Part shown: positions 11,948-23,812 of the stretch, piece by piece
Layout of the letters: each line of letters begins with the position of its first letter
Numbering within the stretch: position 1 is the first letter of the stretch
Assembly (NCBI GenBank): GCA_951406725.2
Contig: OX597831.1
Coordinates: 69,378,001-69,442,000, forward strand
Direction: 5' to 3'
Length of the DNA: 64,000 bases
Origin: Octopus vulgaris
Taxonomy: Eukaryota
The notes under the pieces: generated by a model
The model's database searches: none
The model's input: only the letters and a program-made list of their open reading frames with translations
Told to the model about the DNA's origin: nothing
Program-made: the position numbers and the translations under genes

Positions 11948-12282
11948 AAGGTGCATGGCTCAGTAGTTAGAGCATTGAGCTTACGATCATGAGGTTGTGA
12001 GCTCAAATCCTGGATTGGGCTGCGTGTTGTGTTCTTGACCAAGTCACTTTATTTCACGTTGCTCCAGTTCACTCAGCTGTAGAAATTAGTTGTGACGTCA
12101 CAGGTGCCAAGCTGTATCGGCCCTAGCCTTTCCCTTGGATAACACTGGTGGCATGGAGAGGGGAGGCCGGTATGCATGGGCGATTGCTGGTTTTCCATAA
12201 ACAACCTTGCTCAGACTTGTGCCTGGGAGGGTAACTTTCTTGGTGCAATCCCATGGTCTATGTCATGACCGAAGGGGTTCTC
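11947..12282 (+). mobile_element. tRNA-derived SINE, family C (Meta/CORE-like central domain)
   Basis: tRNA-like head TGGCTCAGTAGTTAGAGC..GCTCAAATCC, then GTGTTGTGTTCTTGACCAAGTCACTTTATTTCACGTTGCTCCAGTTCACTCAGCTGTAGAAA. Confidence 0.8.
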
Positions 12283-12399
12283 AGAATATATATATATATG
12301 TTGATAGAAATGGTAAGACAACAAAACAATGAAAGAGACTTCGATATTATGTAAATAGAGGAATTTATCTGTAAACACCATCTGTGACAATTATTCGGT

Positions 12400-12471
12400 A
12401 GCCATGATAAAACTCCAAGTTTCAGATGTTGGGGCAGAAACCAATACCACCATCTCTTCAGTTATCTGGCC
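12400..12471 (-). ncRNA. Type I hammerhead-like motif (inverted copy)
   Basis: Minus strand: GGCCA-GATAA CTGAAGA GATG..CATC T GAAAC TTGGA GT T TTATC-A-TGGCT. Confidence 0.6.
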
Positions 12472-12725
12472 ATCGAAAAAATACTATTTCTATCAATAAG
12501 TTACCTCCTGTATACTGCTATTTTTCTGTAAGGGCTAATACAGCTTATTTTGAAAAATTGCCAGAAATCAGTTGAGGATTCTTCTCGCAGAAGAATTCAA
12601 TATAGATGCCTACTACATCGATTATTCTATGAAAAACATACCTATACCATCAAGGGAACTTACAATCCAAGAAACTTTTGGAGAAAATTTCAGACCTTAT
12701 TAAGTGAAGATAGCATTTTTCCGAT

Positions 12726-12797
12726 GGTCGAATAACTGAAGAGATGGCAGCGTGGGTTTCTGCCCTGACATTCGAAACTCAGAGTTTTATCATGGCT
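12726..12797 (+). ncRNA. Type I hammerhead-like motif
   Basis: ATAA CTGAAGA (12736-12742) GATG..CATT C GAAAC (12774-12778) TCAGA GT T TTAT; GUU triplet. Confidence 0.6.
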
Positions 12798-12821
12798 ACA
12801 GAACAATTGTCATATATTTAC

Positions 12822-12868
<47 letters not shown>

Positions 12869-12869
<1 letters not shown>

Positions 12870-13164
12870 AACAATTGCAGTGTGGAAGGTATTTATAAGC
12901 CATTTAAGAAACACACAAAACCGTTAGATTCACTTCAACATTTAATTTTAATTTGTCAAAATATTTTCGTCACTTTGAGACCGCAATCTGTTTACTGACA
13001 AAATTCTGTGCAGAGATGCAGCACAGAATTTTGTCAGTAAACAGATTGCGATCTCAAAGTGACGAAAATATTTTGACAAATTAAAATTAAATGTTGAAGT
13101 GAATCTAACGGTTTTTGTGTGTTTCTTAAATGGCTTATAAACACCTTCCACACTGCAATTGTTT
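12869..13164. repeat. Near-perfect ~296-bp palindrome (fold-back element, probably PLE-derived)
   Basis: Arms 12869-13011 and 13021-13164, 9-nt loop, 2 mismatches and 1 indel by eye. Confidence 0.92.
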
Positions 13165-14035
13165 TCGTTCCAGCACACAATCTCAAATCAGGTCACTTGC
13201 TATGCAAGTACATCTCTGTAATACATATATATATATATATATATACATTTATACATATGCACACACACACACACACAATGAACTTCCACAGTTTTCATCT
13301 ATCAATCCCCACTCACTAAGTAATATTGTATTATCTCGTTTGTAATATGAAAACTCAAATGTATATATACTCGTTACATTATTCTACTTTTTACTTTTTA
13401 TCCCTTTTCACAGTCATAAAGATAAGTGTCACGTAAGTACTTGGTGTGATGTGATATATCTGAGTAAACCTTTGAAGACAGTGTCCTGAATGGTCACAGT
13501 GAAATAACTGAAACCAGTAAAAGAAAGAAGATGAATATACTTACTTTGTACTCTGTATTCTTCAGTGTATAATACTCATGACAACTATCATGACAACTTT
13601 TAAAAAAGTGAGACAATATCAGTCTTTTCATAGATATCATTATCAAGATTTTGTAAATATTTATTGTGTTCTTGGTTTGTCTCCTAAACATTCTTTCTAA
13701 AATCTGTGTGCATATTTTGTATTGATAAATAAGTAAATTACGGAATTACAGGATAATATTCTGCCATGAAGCATCTCACTACGATCTAGTTTGCTTACCT
13801 ATAAAAACACTTTTATTTCACTGCTATACGTAATAGCAAGTCAGTAAAAGTAGATGTTTAGTTAACTTAGACGAATTAACTAATATCCTGTTACAATTAC
13901 CAGATGATGGTCTTGACTCTTTAATTGGAGTTGTCTTTATATATGTAGGACTAATCATCCAATTATGTTTCTAATTTGGAAAGTTAATCTACTTACTTTT
14001 CTTGATGACAGAAAAACCAACTAAATAACCATCCT

Positions 14036-14145
14036 CATGATCATCATCAGCATTTAATATCCGTTTTCCATGCTAGTATGTGTTGGATGGCTTGACTGAA
14101 ACTGACCAGGTCAGGGACTACACCAGGTTCCATAGTCTGTTGGCA
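14036..14145 (-). mobile_element. Diverged RTE 3'-tail fragment
   Basis: CATCATCAGCATTTAATATCCGTTTTCCATGCTAGTATGTGTTGGATGG, homologous to the other tail copies. Confidence 0.65.
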
Positions 14146-15007
14146 TTTTTGACAATACAATGCTAATCCCCATGATAATATAATCCTTTTGGTATGCTAT
14201 ATCTAAATTCTCTGAGGCCATGCTGTGCATTCTGCCATCCAATATATTGCAATTCGAGATGAATTATATCAACGATTTGGGATGTATGCTGGGATGTATG
14301 CTGGTTTCAAGTTTACGTCTATATAAGAAACTAAACATAGGTGTAAAGAAGCTGGAATGGTTGGACTTGGATATAGTCTTTATTACTTGGAATTTACTGG
14401 GCACAGTCATAATATACAACACAAACTTTGTGTTCTGAATTCTTGTGGTTTAGACTTAATCAGTCATCTTATTTAACACTATCACCTGGTACCTTTAGTG
14501 GACATCACACTGTCGCAAGTATTTGGGCCAAGTCTATAGTTAGAAGATAACTTCCTCTCACCAGACTTGGAGGTCTCTAATAATGCTTCCTAGTGTTGAT
14601 AGTTTGGTACATCAGAAACATATGGCTGACCATGTCGAAATATTTGTTTTTGTTTTTGAATTGTGTTCAATAATGCATTGCTGTGATACTCTCTCAAGAA
14701 GGCTTTCATTAAGTTCTGCATATTGTTGTTAAGGATGAAATCTGGATCAAAACTATCAGATTCTACACAAAGCTATTCACACGAAAGCAATTTAATCACC
14801 TCCTTAAATTTGCAATATCATTTTTGTGTCAAAATTTTTCTATTAAATCAAGGTCCTGCTTATTTAAATCTAAACTGATAGAAAAAAAAGTTTGTTTCCA
14901 TTTTAATTGGTATAATATGACTTGCTATAGTTCTCTATGAATGGAGTGTGTTTGTGAATATTGGAACCATTAATTTTAGCTCCAGACTACAGCTTTTTCT
15001 CTTTTTA

Positions 15008-15041
15008 AATGCATACACACACATGTATATATGTGTATATG

Positions 15042-15088
<47 letters not shown>

Positions 15089-15208
15089 TATATTTATATA
15101 TGTATGTATATGTGTGTATATATGTGTATGTGTGTATGTAAATATATGTATATGTGCATGTGTGTGCTTATGCTTACACTTGAATGTGTGTATGCATACA
15201 CACAGACA

Positions 15209-15240
<32 letters not shown>

Positions 15241-15340
15241 CTCATATATAAGTATGTGGGTGTGCACATGCATACATACTTACATACATACATACATACA
15301 TTTACACATATATATGTATATATATATGTGTGTGTGTATA
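15008..15340. repeat. Compound (TA)n/(TG)n/(TACA)n microsatellite
   Basis: Direct inspection. Confidence 0.9.
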
Positions 15341-15729
15341 TCATTTACCTATTGTCTTCTGCAATGCATTCACCATAAAATATTCTATTTAGTTTACATG
15401 GCCTCGGGATAACTGCTCTATAATTGAAGTTAACTAATCTAATCTATGTAATTTGTGCTGCCATTATCACTAAGTGTATGAATGTATCTATAAGTTTGTT
15501 CCTATATATGTGAAAGCATGTGTTATGATTTTATCTGTACATACATTAGAATGAGTACTAAGATGCATGCAGACTACAAGTTTTTGACTGGCAGGTATGT
15601 TATTTTAATGGTACAAAAAATATTTCTAATTGCATCAAATTAAAATCTATTTCTGTCCAAAGCAGAAAACAGTACAAATCTTTGTCATATTTTGTCTTAT
15701 ACTTTTATTTATTTTTAGTTTTAATTTGT

Positions 15730-15775
<46 letters not shown>

Positions 15776-16307
15776 GAAATAGAAGTAAAATTGCATAAGA
15801 TGGTAGGCTGCAGTGAGGAGAGTTTCTGATGCCTTAGATAATATCTTTCTTCGAAGAATGAGAAAAATATTTACTTCATTAATCAGTGATATTTAAGACA
15901 TGAAAATGAGAGGAAGTGACAGGGAGTAGAAGTTGCTTAGTTGTGCATGCATATGAAATAAATGGCTAAAGATAAAAGGTGTGGGAAAAAAAAAAAGGAA
16001 TGATAATTTGGGTCAAGATAAGGATAAGAGCAATAAAGGAAAAGGAAGCTAAAGCAAGAATAAATGGTTAGTAAAAGACAGTGATGGAGTGACGACTTGG
16101 TGAGGTCAGTTAGTGACCCCCTAACACGAGGTTTGTTACCAGTATTACTCACACACTTGCATTAGTCATATACATACATTTGGTAAGAATCTAGCTGTTT
16201 ATCTAAAAGAATTTTTAATGGAACATAAACACATTTACATGGACTCACTCATAGACACAAATCTAAGTTTGATCTGAACAACATTTTATATTCTTAGCAT
16301 CTAAGTA

Positions 16308-17567
16308 TTGGGTCATCCCATAAATAATGCATTTTTATTTTCAATTGCATGAACTTAAACCCAGAGGAGGACAGGATAAACTACTTGCACTAACTTGCTA
16401 TAAAAGTAGGCAGTAATTTTACCTTGTGCTTATTCTTAGTGCAAGTTTTGAAGAGTGCGGTTCGATTTTAACAGTTATTTTTTCAAAGCTATAACAAAAA
16501 TGACAAAGGAGCATATCTGGCATATTTTGCTTCATGAGTTCAATAAAGGCAACAATGCTACAGAAAGTGTGAGTAATATTAATGCAGTATATGGGGATCA
16601 GACAATAAGCATAAGCCAGTGTCAATGGTGGTTCCAGAAATTCTGAGCTGGAAACTACAGCCTGGAAGATGAGCCTTATCATGGAAGATCTGTAGAACTC
16701 GATGAGGACATCCTGCAAACTCTGGTGGAACAAAATCCTATCGTAACTGCTGAGAAACTATCAGAGATGCATGGATTTGGTCATTCAACCATTCATTGAC
16801 ACCTGTGTGCCATCGCAAAAATCAGCAAATTGGGTCAGTGGGTTCCTCACCAGCTTTCCAAGTCTAATCACACGCAGAGAGTGAAGGTGTGCTCTTTTTT
16901 ACTTTTATGTCTCATGAATGAACTTTTTTTGGACTGAATAGTGACTGGTGAAGAGAAATGGGTTCTCTATGAAAATGTCAATCACCAAAGATAGTGGGTA
17001 GGGAAAGGAGAAACACAGGCACCCCAGGCTAAAGAACGTCTTCACCCACATAAGGTGTTGTTATCTGTTTGGTGGGATATGAAAGGTTTAGTCCACTTTG
17101 AACTTTTAGACCCAAAGCAAATGATAACAAAGAAGATCTACTGTGAGCAGCTTGAGTGGCTTAAGTCAGCACTAGAACACAAACGATCATCTTTGGTTTC
17201 AAGACAAAAGGTGTTCTTCCATCTGGATAATGCTTGACCACATACAGTTAGGATGACATTCCAAAAGCTGGAGCAGTTTCAATGGGAAACGATGACCCAC
17301 CCACCATATTCGCCAGATATTGCCCTATCTGATTATCATTTATTTCAATGTCTTCAAAATCATTTTGGATGGAAAAAATACGAATTCTGGAGGAGTATTT
17401 TTTGTCACGGACAAGTGAATTTTAGAAGAGGGACCTTGCAAGATAGCTAAAAGAGCATTGTAGGAAATGAAGGAGAATATGTTTTGAATTAAAAAAGAAC
17501 TTTGTTTATCTTAATTTTGAAAAATAAAAGAAGTGTAAAAAACTGCATTATCAATAGGATGACCCAA
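16308..17567 (+). mobile_element. Full-length decayed mariner (Tc1/mariner, DD34D type), 1260 bp
   Basis: TIRs TTGGGTCATCCCATAAATAATGC / GCATTATCAATAGGATGACCCAA; TA TSD at 16306-16307 and 17568-17569. Confidence 0.95.
16500..17492 (+). pseudogene. Mariner transposase pseudogene
   Basis: MTKEHIWHILLHEF.., WVPHQL, IVTGEEKW, LSVWWD, HLDNA, HPPYSPDIALSDYHLF; several stops and frameshifts. Confidence 0.92.
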
Positions 17568-17624
17568 TATTTTTGTATATTCCTACAAATCTAAATCTAT
17601 TGTATTTTCCAGTTCTTTTCTTTT

Positions 17625-18033
17625 TTTCTTTCATTTGTTTGAGTCATTTGACCGTGGCCATGCTGGAGCACCGCCTTTAGTCGAACAAATCAACCCCAGA
17701 AATTATTCTTTGCAAGCCTAGTACTTATTCTATTGGTCTGCTTTGCTAAACCACTGAGTTACAGGGATGTAAACACACCAACATCAGTTGTCAAATGATG
17801 GTGGGGGGACAAATACAGACACACAAGCATACACACACACACACATACACACACACACACATATATATATGACAGGTCTCTTTCAGTTTCCATCTATCAA
17901 ATCCACTCACAAGCCTTTGGTCGGCCTGAGATTATAGTAGAAGACACTTGCCCAAGGCGCCACACAGTAGGATTGAATCTAGAACCATGTGGTTGGTAAG
18001 CAAGCTACTTACCACACAGCCACACTTGCACTT
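17625..18033 (-). mobile_element. tRNA-derived SINE, family A
   Basis: Homology to 7939-8336. Confidence 0.9.
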
Positions 18034-19493
18034 ATGTCTAATTAAGTTACATATGTCTGTTTTTAGGTATGGTTGTTGTTGTCATTGTATGTGCTACTCT
18101 ACTGAATCTCTGGCATATGTTTGTCTCAAAAATATAAATATAAATTTTAGGTACTTTCTGTAAATGTGACTTCAATTTGATTTTTTGATTTTTGTGTCTT
18201 AACGTGTGTATTATTACATTTGAATACAAAATACAACCAGATTATATCAGGATAATGCAATATAGTATTACTTTAAAAAAATTTACCATATTTTCTGGGT
18301 GTACAACACTCACCTAGTATACCAGACTACATGCTTCTCACTCCTAACTATAAATCAATCATATGCTTTTACTATGCAGTTCTATAGTATACAAGTGGTA
18401 TCTAATCCTATTGTATGTAGTTTTAACATCTAAATTCCTTTATGTGAAACAAGATAATACCAAATAATGTTGTAAAATATATTTTAACACTGAGCATTAG
18501 AGTTGGAAATTTCCTTTGAAGCCAACTATTTCAGATCATAACATAACAATATACATGGAGGGCAAACAATCATTGTATAGAAAGACATTATTGTTTATTA
18601 TATTTTCAATGGCAAAAAAACTGAGAAGATGCTTTTCTGAATTGAAAATGAGTAGAGAATAAGGAGGAAATGAAGCAAATATTTTTAAAGAGTGAGCACC
18701 AAAGAGGAACTTAAAATACAAAGGGAAATTCAAATTCAGATCAATAAAACTTTTGTTTTTTTATTGATTTTCGATACGAGTTCAAATTTTAGTTTTGAAA
18801 AATATCCTCCTTTCTGATTTTGGTTAATAAAAACAGTTTTATTACTTTGAAATTTAAAGCAATGGGGAAGGAAAGGAAATTCAGTCTATTGACATCATTT
18901 TATCTGATTTTATTTATTTATGGTTATTTTTCGTGTAATTCATGTATATGATGTCAGATGTACTTATCAAGGGAACAATCACACAATTATTTATCATGCA
19001 GTGTTCCAATGTTCTTAGCAACTGTGTGCTGATAAAACTGAAGAAAAACTGAAATAAGATTTCTTCCAACCCTGACATAAAGAAAATTTTGGACACATTT
19101 TTTTCTCAAAGTCTGTTTTACTTAAAATGTTCCTTCACAAAAAAGATTAAATATGAATTGGTAAATGCTGGAATGCTATATACTTAAGTCTGTTTGTATT
19201 ATAAGTTTAATTCTTTTGCAAGTTGACTTTGACTTATCTCAAGTTGATGAAATAAGTAAGCCACTTCCTCAATTATCCCTCTAATTTTTTAACTTGTGCT
19301 AATATTAGACATCAATATAAGCTAATAAATTTTAGATAAGTGAATGACAGATACATCCTCATATGTTGAATCTTGGCTAAATGAAGTCTTCCGGCTACAG
19401 TTATGGGAGCACATGAATTCAACACTGCAGCTAACACAATTAATTTTAAACCAGAGTTATTCTTTAAGATAATTGTTTTCTTTGCACTAAGGA

Positions 19494-19805
19494 TCATCAT
19501 CATCATTATCATCGTTTAACGTCTGCTTTCCATGCTAGCATTGGTTGGATGGTTCGACCGGGGATCTTGGAAGCCAGGGGCTGCACCAGGCCCCAGTCTG
19601 ATCTGGCAGTGTTTCTACAGCTGGATGCCCTTCCTAACGCCAATCACTCCGTGAGTGTAGTGGGTGCTTTTTACGTGCCACCAGCACAGGTGCCAGGCGA
19701 GGCTGGCAACGGCCACGATTGGATTGGTGCTTTTTACATGCCACCGGCACAGAAGCCAGTCTAGGCGGCGCTGGCATCGGCCACGTTCGGATGGTGCTTT
19801 TTACG
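19494..19805 (-). mobile_element. RTE LINE 3'UTR copy with ~3 minisatellite units
   Basis: Homology to 25270-25660. Confidence 0.87.
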
Positions 19806-20034
19806 GATGAAATTTTAAATAATTATTATATGTTAGCATCCACGTTTTCAATTCCTTTTTTTTTTAAATCTGAATGTTTACCTCCCACTAATTTTTCTCT
19901 TAGAGAAATACTGCCACTTACAGTTTGCTATGTTGTTGTTCCTATTACAACAACATATATTACATGGCTTGTCTACAAGCAAAGCATTGGGCAAAGTAAT
20001 ACAAACCACACTGTCATCAGGTATTCTATTGACC

Positions 20035-20216
20035 CATAAAAGAACCCACTACACTCTCGGAGTGGTGGGTATTAGGAAGGGCATCCAGCTGTAGAAACTC
20101 TGCCAGATCAAGATTGAAGCCTGGTGCAGCCATCTGGTTCGCCAGCCCTCAGTCATTCGTCCAACCCATGCTAGCATGGAAAGTGGACGTTAAACGATGA
20201 TGATGATGATGATGAT
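20035..20216 (+). mobile_element. RTE LINE 3'UTR copy with (GAT)n tail
   Basis: CCCACTACACTCTCGGAGTGG..GGAAGGGCATCCAGCTGTAG..GACGTTAAACGATGATGAT. Confidence 0.87.
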
Positions 20217-20433
20217 ATATATTTAATATACAATGTGTCCTTTTCATATTATAGAATAACCCACAGTTATCATATAATTACTGAAACTGGCTTCAGTGGG
20301 AGAAATTCCACATATTACATAAGTGTAATTACCAGAAATAGATAAATGAAAAGAATCTTACTACCATTTGTGAAAAATATTAACACTCAGAAACTATGAG
20401 AAATTATGAAATATGTCTTATTTGATTTAAAAT

Positions 20434-20743
20434 CACATGATCATGTGACCAACCAGACTATCAGATGTTGCTACACATCGCTGGTCACAATGCGCTTCGC
20501 ATTGTTTTCGCCTTCAAAAGACGCCACCCCGCTGGCTAATTGAGTAGGCCAACAGAAGAAAGAGTGAGAGAAAGTTGTGGCGAAAGAGTACAGCAGGGAT
20601 TGCCACCATCCTCTGCCAGAACCTCGTGGAGCTATAGATGTTTTTGCTCAATAAACACTCACAACGCCTGGTCTGGGAATCGAAACCACGATCCTACGAC
20701 TGCGAGTCCGCTGCCCTAACCACTGGGCCATTGCACCTCTACA
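20434..20743 (-). mobile_element. SINE family B head and core with tail type 2; 11-bp TSD
   Basis: Head and core as at 9751; different 3' 110 bp; TSD TGATTTAAAAT at 20423-20433 and 20744-20754. Confidence 0.88.
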
Positions 20744-21819
20744 TGATTTAAAATACTTTTACTAATTTAGGTAGAATAAGCATTACATATATCAATGAAC
20801 AAATTTTCATTGAAATAGAAATATTAAAGCAACAGTAATTTACTATGTACACCTTTTATATTATTTGAAGTGGTGTTCTCATCTTCATTGTTGCCTTCCC
20901 TATGTTTTGGCTGTTGTACACTCCAGCCATCCTCAGTTGTCTTATAATTTGCCTTAGTGCCTTCTTCATCTCAGTAATATAGACTCGTATTAATTTACAA
21001 ATTTACTCTTAAATTTTGGTACTTTGTCCAGTTTTGCAGCATGATAATCCTTTCTTTACCTTATTTTCACAAAATCCTTATAAGCTATTTAGGACTTCTG
21101 CAAGAAGTAAAGAAAAAAAAACTAGTATTCAGTTTATTTGTGAATACTTCTCTGATCCTTAAGTTGAAAAATAATCTTTATTCTGTACAATATAAGATTT
21201 TGGTAAGGAAGCTCAAAAAATTTTAGTAAAGTATAAAAGATATTTTGCATTTCTGAAAATAAACACACATAAAAACTAAAGCAAAACTAAAACAAAACTA
21301 AAACAAAACTATGCAAACTCACAATTGTTAACAGACTTATGTAAAAACATGCAAGAGTACTTATAAATTTATTGTTATATTTCATGTAACGTGTTTTATT
21401 TTGGCTAGACTCTCTCTCTCTTTCTCCCTCTCTCTCTCTCTCACACACACACATATCACACTCATATACATCAATATACTGTCAAGTGCATCTATCTATA
21501 TGTAGGTGCAGCACTTTTGCATGAATCTCCAGTGGGATAAACTTGGTGGATAATCCTTATGTAAAGCAGCCACACTCTAGCATTATTTTGTGAGCTGTTG
21601 TATTCCAGCTAAGAATAATGACTTCTAGAAGAATTATTTTGGTTCAAAATCTCTGTACATTATTGTTATATCTAATAACCATGAAAGTGTTAACACCAAA
21701 AATGTTGCTACAACAAACGGCCTCAGAAATGTGATAATTAAAATTACCATTTGTCAAAATAGCCTCAGTAGCAATAATTTCATAATTACTACTATATTGA
21801 CTTGTGGTCATAGTTTTAT

Positions 21820-22200
21820 AGTTTCAACTTATTATATCTTTATCTTTAGCCATGCTTGGGGTACTGCTTTAGGGGTTTGGTCCAAAGTGTGATTACAGTA
21901 CTTATTTTTTTTTAATGTGTGGTAATTTTTCTTTCAGTCTCTTTTGCCAAACCACTAAGTTATAGGGACATAAACAAATCAGCACTGGTTGTCAGGCAAT
22001 TAGGAGACAAATACATGCACACATGCACACACAGACACATATATATATGTGATAGTCTTCCACACAGTTTCCATCATTCAAATTCACTCTGAAGGCATTG
22101 ATCAGACAGGAACTATAATAGAAGACACCTATCCAAATACCATGCAGTGAAACTGAACTCACAACCCGTCTTCTTGATCAAAACATCCATGCCTACACCT
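21820..22200 (-). mobile_element. Old, diverged SINE family A copy
   Basis: Recognisable blocks GCCATGCTTGGG, CTCTTTTGCCAAACCACTAAGTT and ATAATAGAAGACACC. Confidence 0.7.
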
Positions 22201-22592
22201 GTAAATAATTTTGATAGATTATTTCTTTGTCCATATAATTTTGATGATTTTTCTCAACATAATATTACACAAATCTGGACTACAAAACCGATCTAGTCAA
22301 AATTTATTGAAATGGCATCAGATTCACAAATATGGAAATACTTTGTAGGAAATTAAAGGGCTGACTTTACAGATAATGATTTTGAATTATATACAATTTT
22401 ATTTTATTTCTTTCTTGTTAACCACAAATAGACCTCCTTTGATCATGTTCATAGAATAATGCAATAAGCATATACACAGCAGATGGTTTGTGAGTGCAGC
22501 TTTAAAATATGGTACATGGAAATTAGCAGATCTTAATTTACAACATCAATCGACACTAAGTTACATAAATATATTTTTAAAATATACATATA

Positions 22593-22998
22593 AGCGCAGG
22601 AGTAGCTGTGTGGTAAGTAGCTTGCTTACCAACCACATGGTTCCGGGTTCAGTCCCACTGCATGGCACCTTGGGCAAGTGTCTTCTGCTATAGTTCCGGG
22701 CCGACCAATGCCTTGTGAGTGGATTTGGTAGACGGAAACTGAAAGAAGCCTGTCGTATATATGTATATATATGTATGTGTGTGTGTGTTTGTGTGTATGT
22801 GTTTGTCCTCCTAGCATTGCTTGACAACCGATGCTGGTGTGTTTATGTCCCCATCACTTAGTGGTTCGGCAAAAGAAACTGATAGAATAAGTACTGGGCT
22901 TACAAAAGAATAAGTCCCGGGGTCGATTTGCTCGACTAAAGGCGGTGCTCCAGCATGGCCACAGTCAAATGACTGAAACAAGTAAAAGAGTAAAGAGA
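22593..22998 (+). mobile_element. tRNA-derived SINE, family A
   Basis: Full-length homology to 7939-8336. Confidence 0.92.
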
Positions 22999-23504
22999 AT
23001 ATTTTTGTGTTTTACAAAATTTGGTGTTAAAGAAAATGTGTGTGTGTGCATGTATGTATAATTATGTTTGTGAAGTTAAAATGTTTACCAGCGGATAATA
23101 AGAAGCAGTAAAAAGAAAACTTTAGTATTTTTACACTGGTAGAATTTATTCTGGCAAGTTAAAGTAGAAGTCAAGTGCTAGTAAAAGTGAATAAAAGACT
23201 ATTTACACATGGCTGTCAGTGACAGCTAAATGAAAGTAAGAAGCCGACAGCAATTTTCTTCTGTTTAAATAGCCAAAATATAGGCTCACAAACCATTAGC
23301 CTCTGATTGGCAAAATTTTTTAACTGACTAGAAATGCATGATAACAGTAGAACTAATATGTCATTTGTATAAAGTCACAACTACACCACGAATTGCAGAA
23401 ATGACATTATAAGATATATTTCAGAAAACCATTATTAGCCTATAACCTAGCTTGACTAAACCTACTACTAGAGGATCTGTTTTTTAGAAATTCAGTCATC
23501 TTTA

Positions 23505-23812
23505 TATTTTACTTGTTTCAATCATTACACTGCAACCATTGCTAGAACATTGCTTTTAAAGGTTTAGTTGAACAAGTCAGCCCCAGTACTTTTTAATCCA
23601 AGCCTTATTGTTATATTTTATTTTGGCTAGACTCTTTCGCTCTCTCTCTCTCTCTCTCTAACACACACACTCATACACATCGCCACACTGTCAAGTGCAT
23701 CTGTCTATATGTAAGTGCAGCCTGTTCCTATTCTACCAGATTCTTTTATTCAAATTGCTAAGTTGCAGGGATGTAAACAAATCAATGCTGGTTATCACGT
23801 GGTGGTGGGGGT
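23505..23812 (-). mobile_element. 3' half of an old SINE A, interrupted by a 113-bp insert; its 5' half lies at 25661-25820
   Basis: Blocks TTTTACTTGTTTCA..GTTGAACAAGTCAGCCCCAGTACT and GCTAAGTTGCAGGGATGTAAACA flank the insert. Confidence 0.7.

Larger units (their letters stand above)
12296..12826. mobile_element. Penelope-like relic with inverted terminal-repeat copies and an ORF N-terminus
   Basis: About 12365-12490 is an inverted copy of about 12708-12825; the middle encodes IDYSMKNIPIPS, resembling the N-terminus of Neptune/Naiad-type PLE ORFs. Confidence 0.7.

Noticed and set aside
13545-13696. Possible minus-strand exon with a GTAAGT donor
   Set aside because: Weak acceptor and an unconvincing peptide
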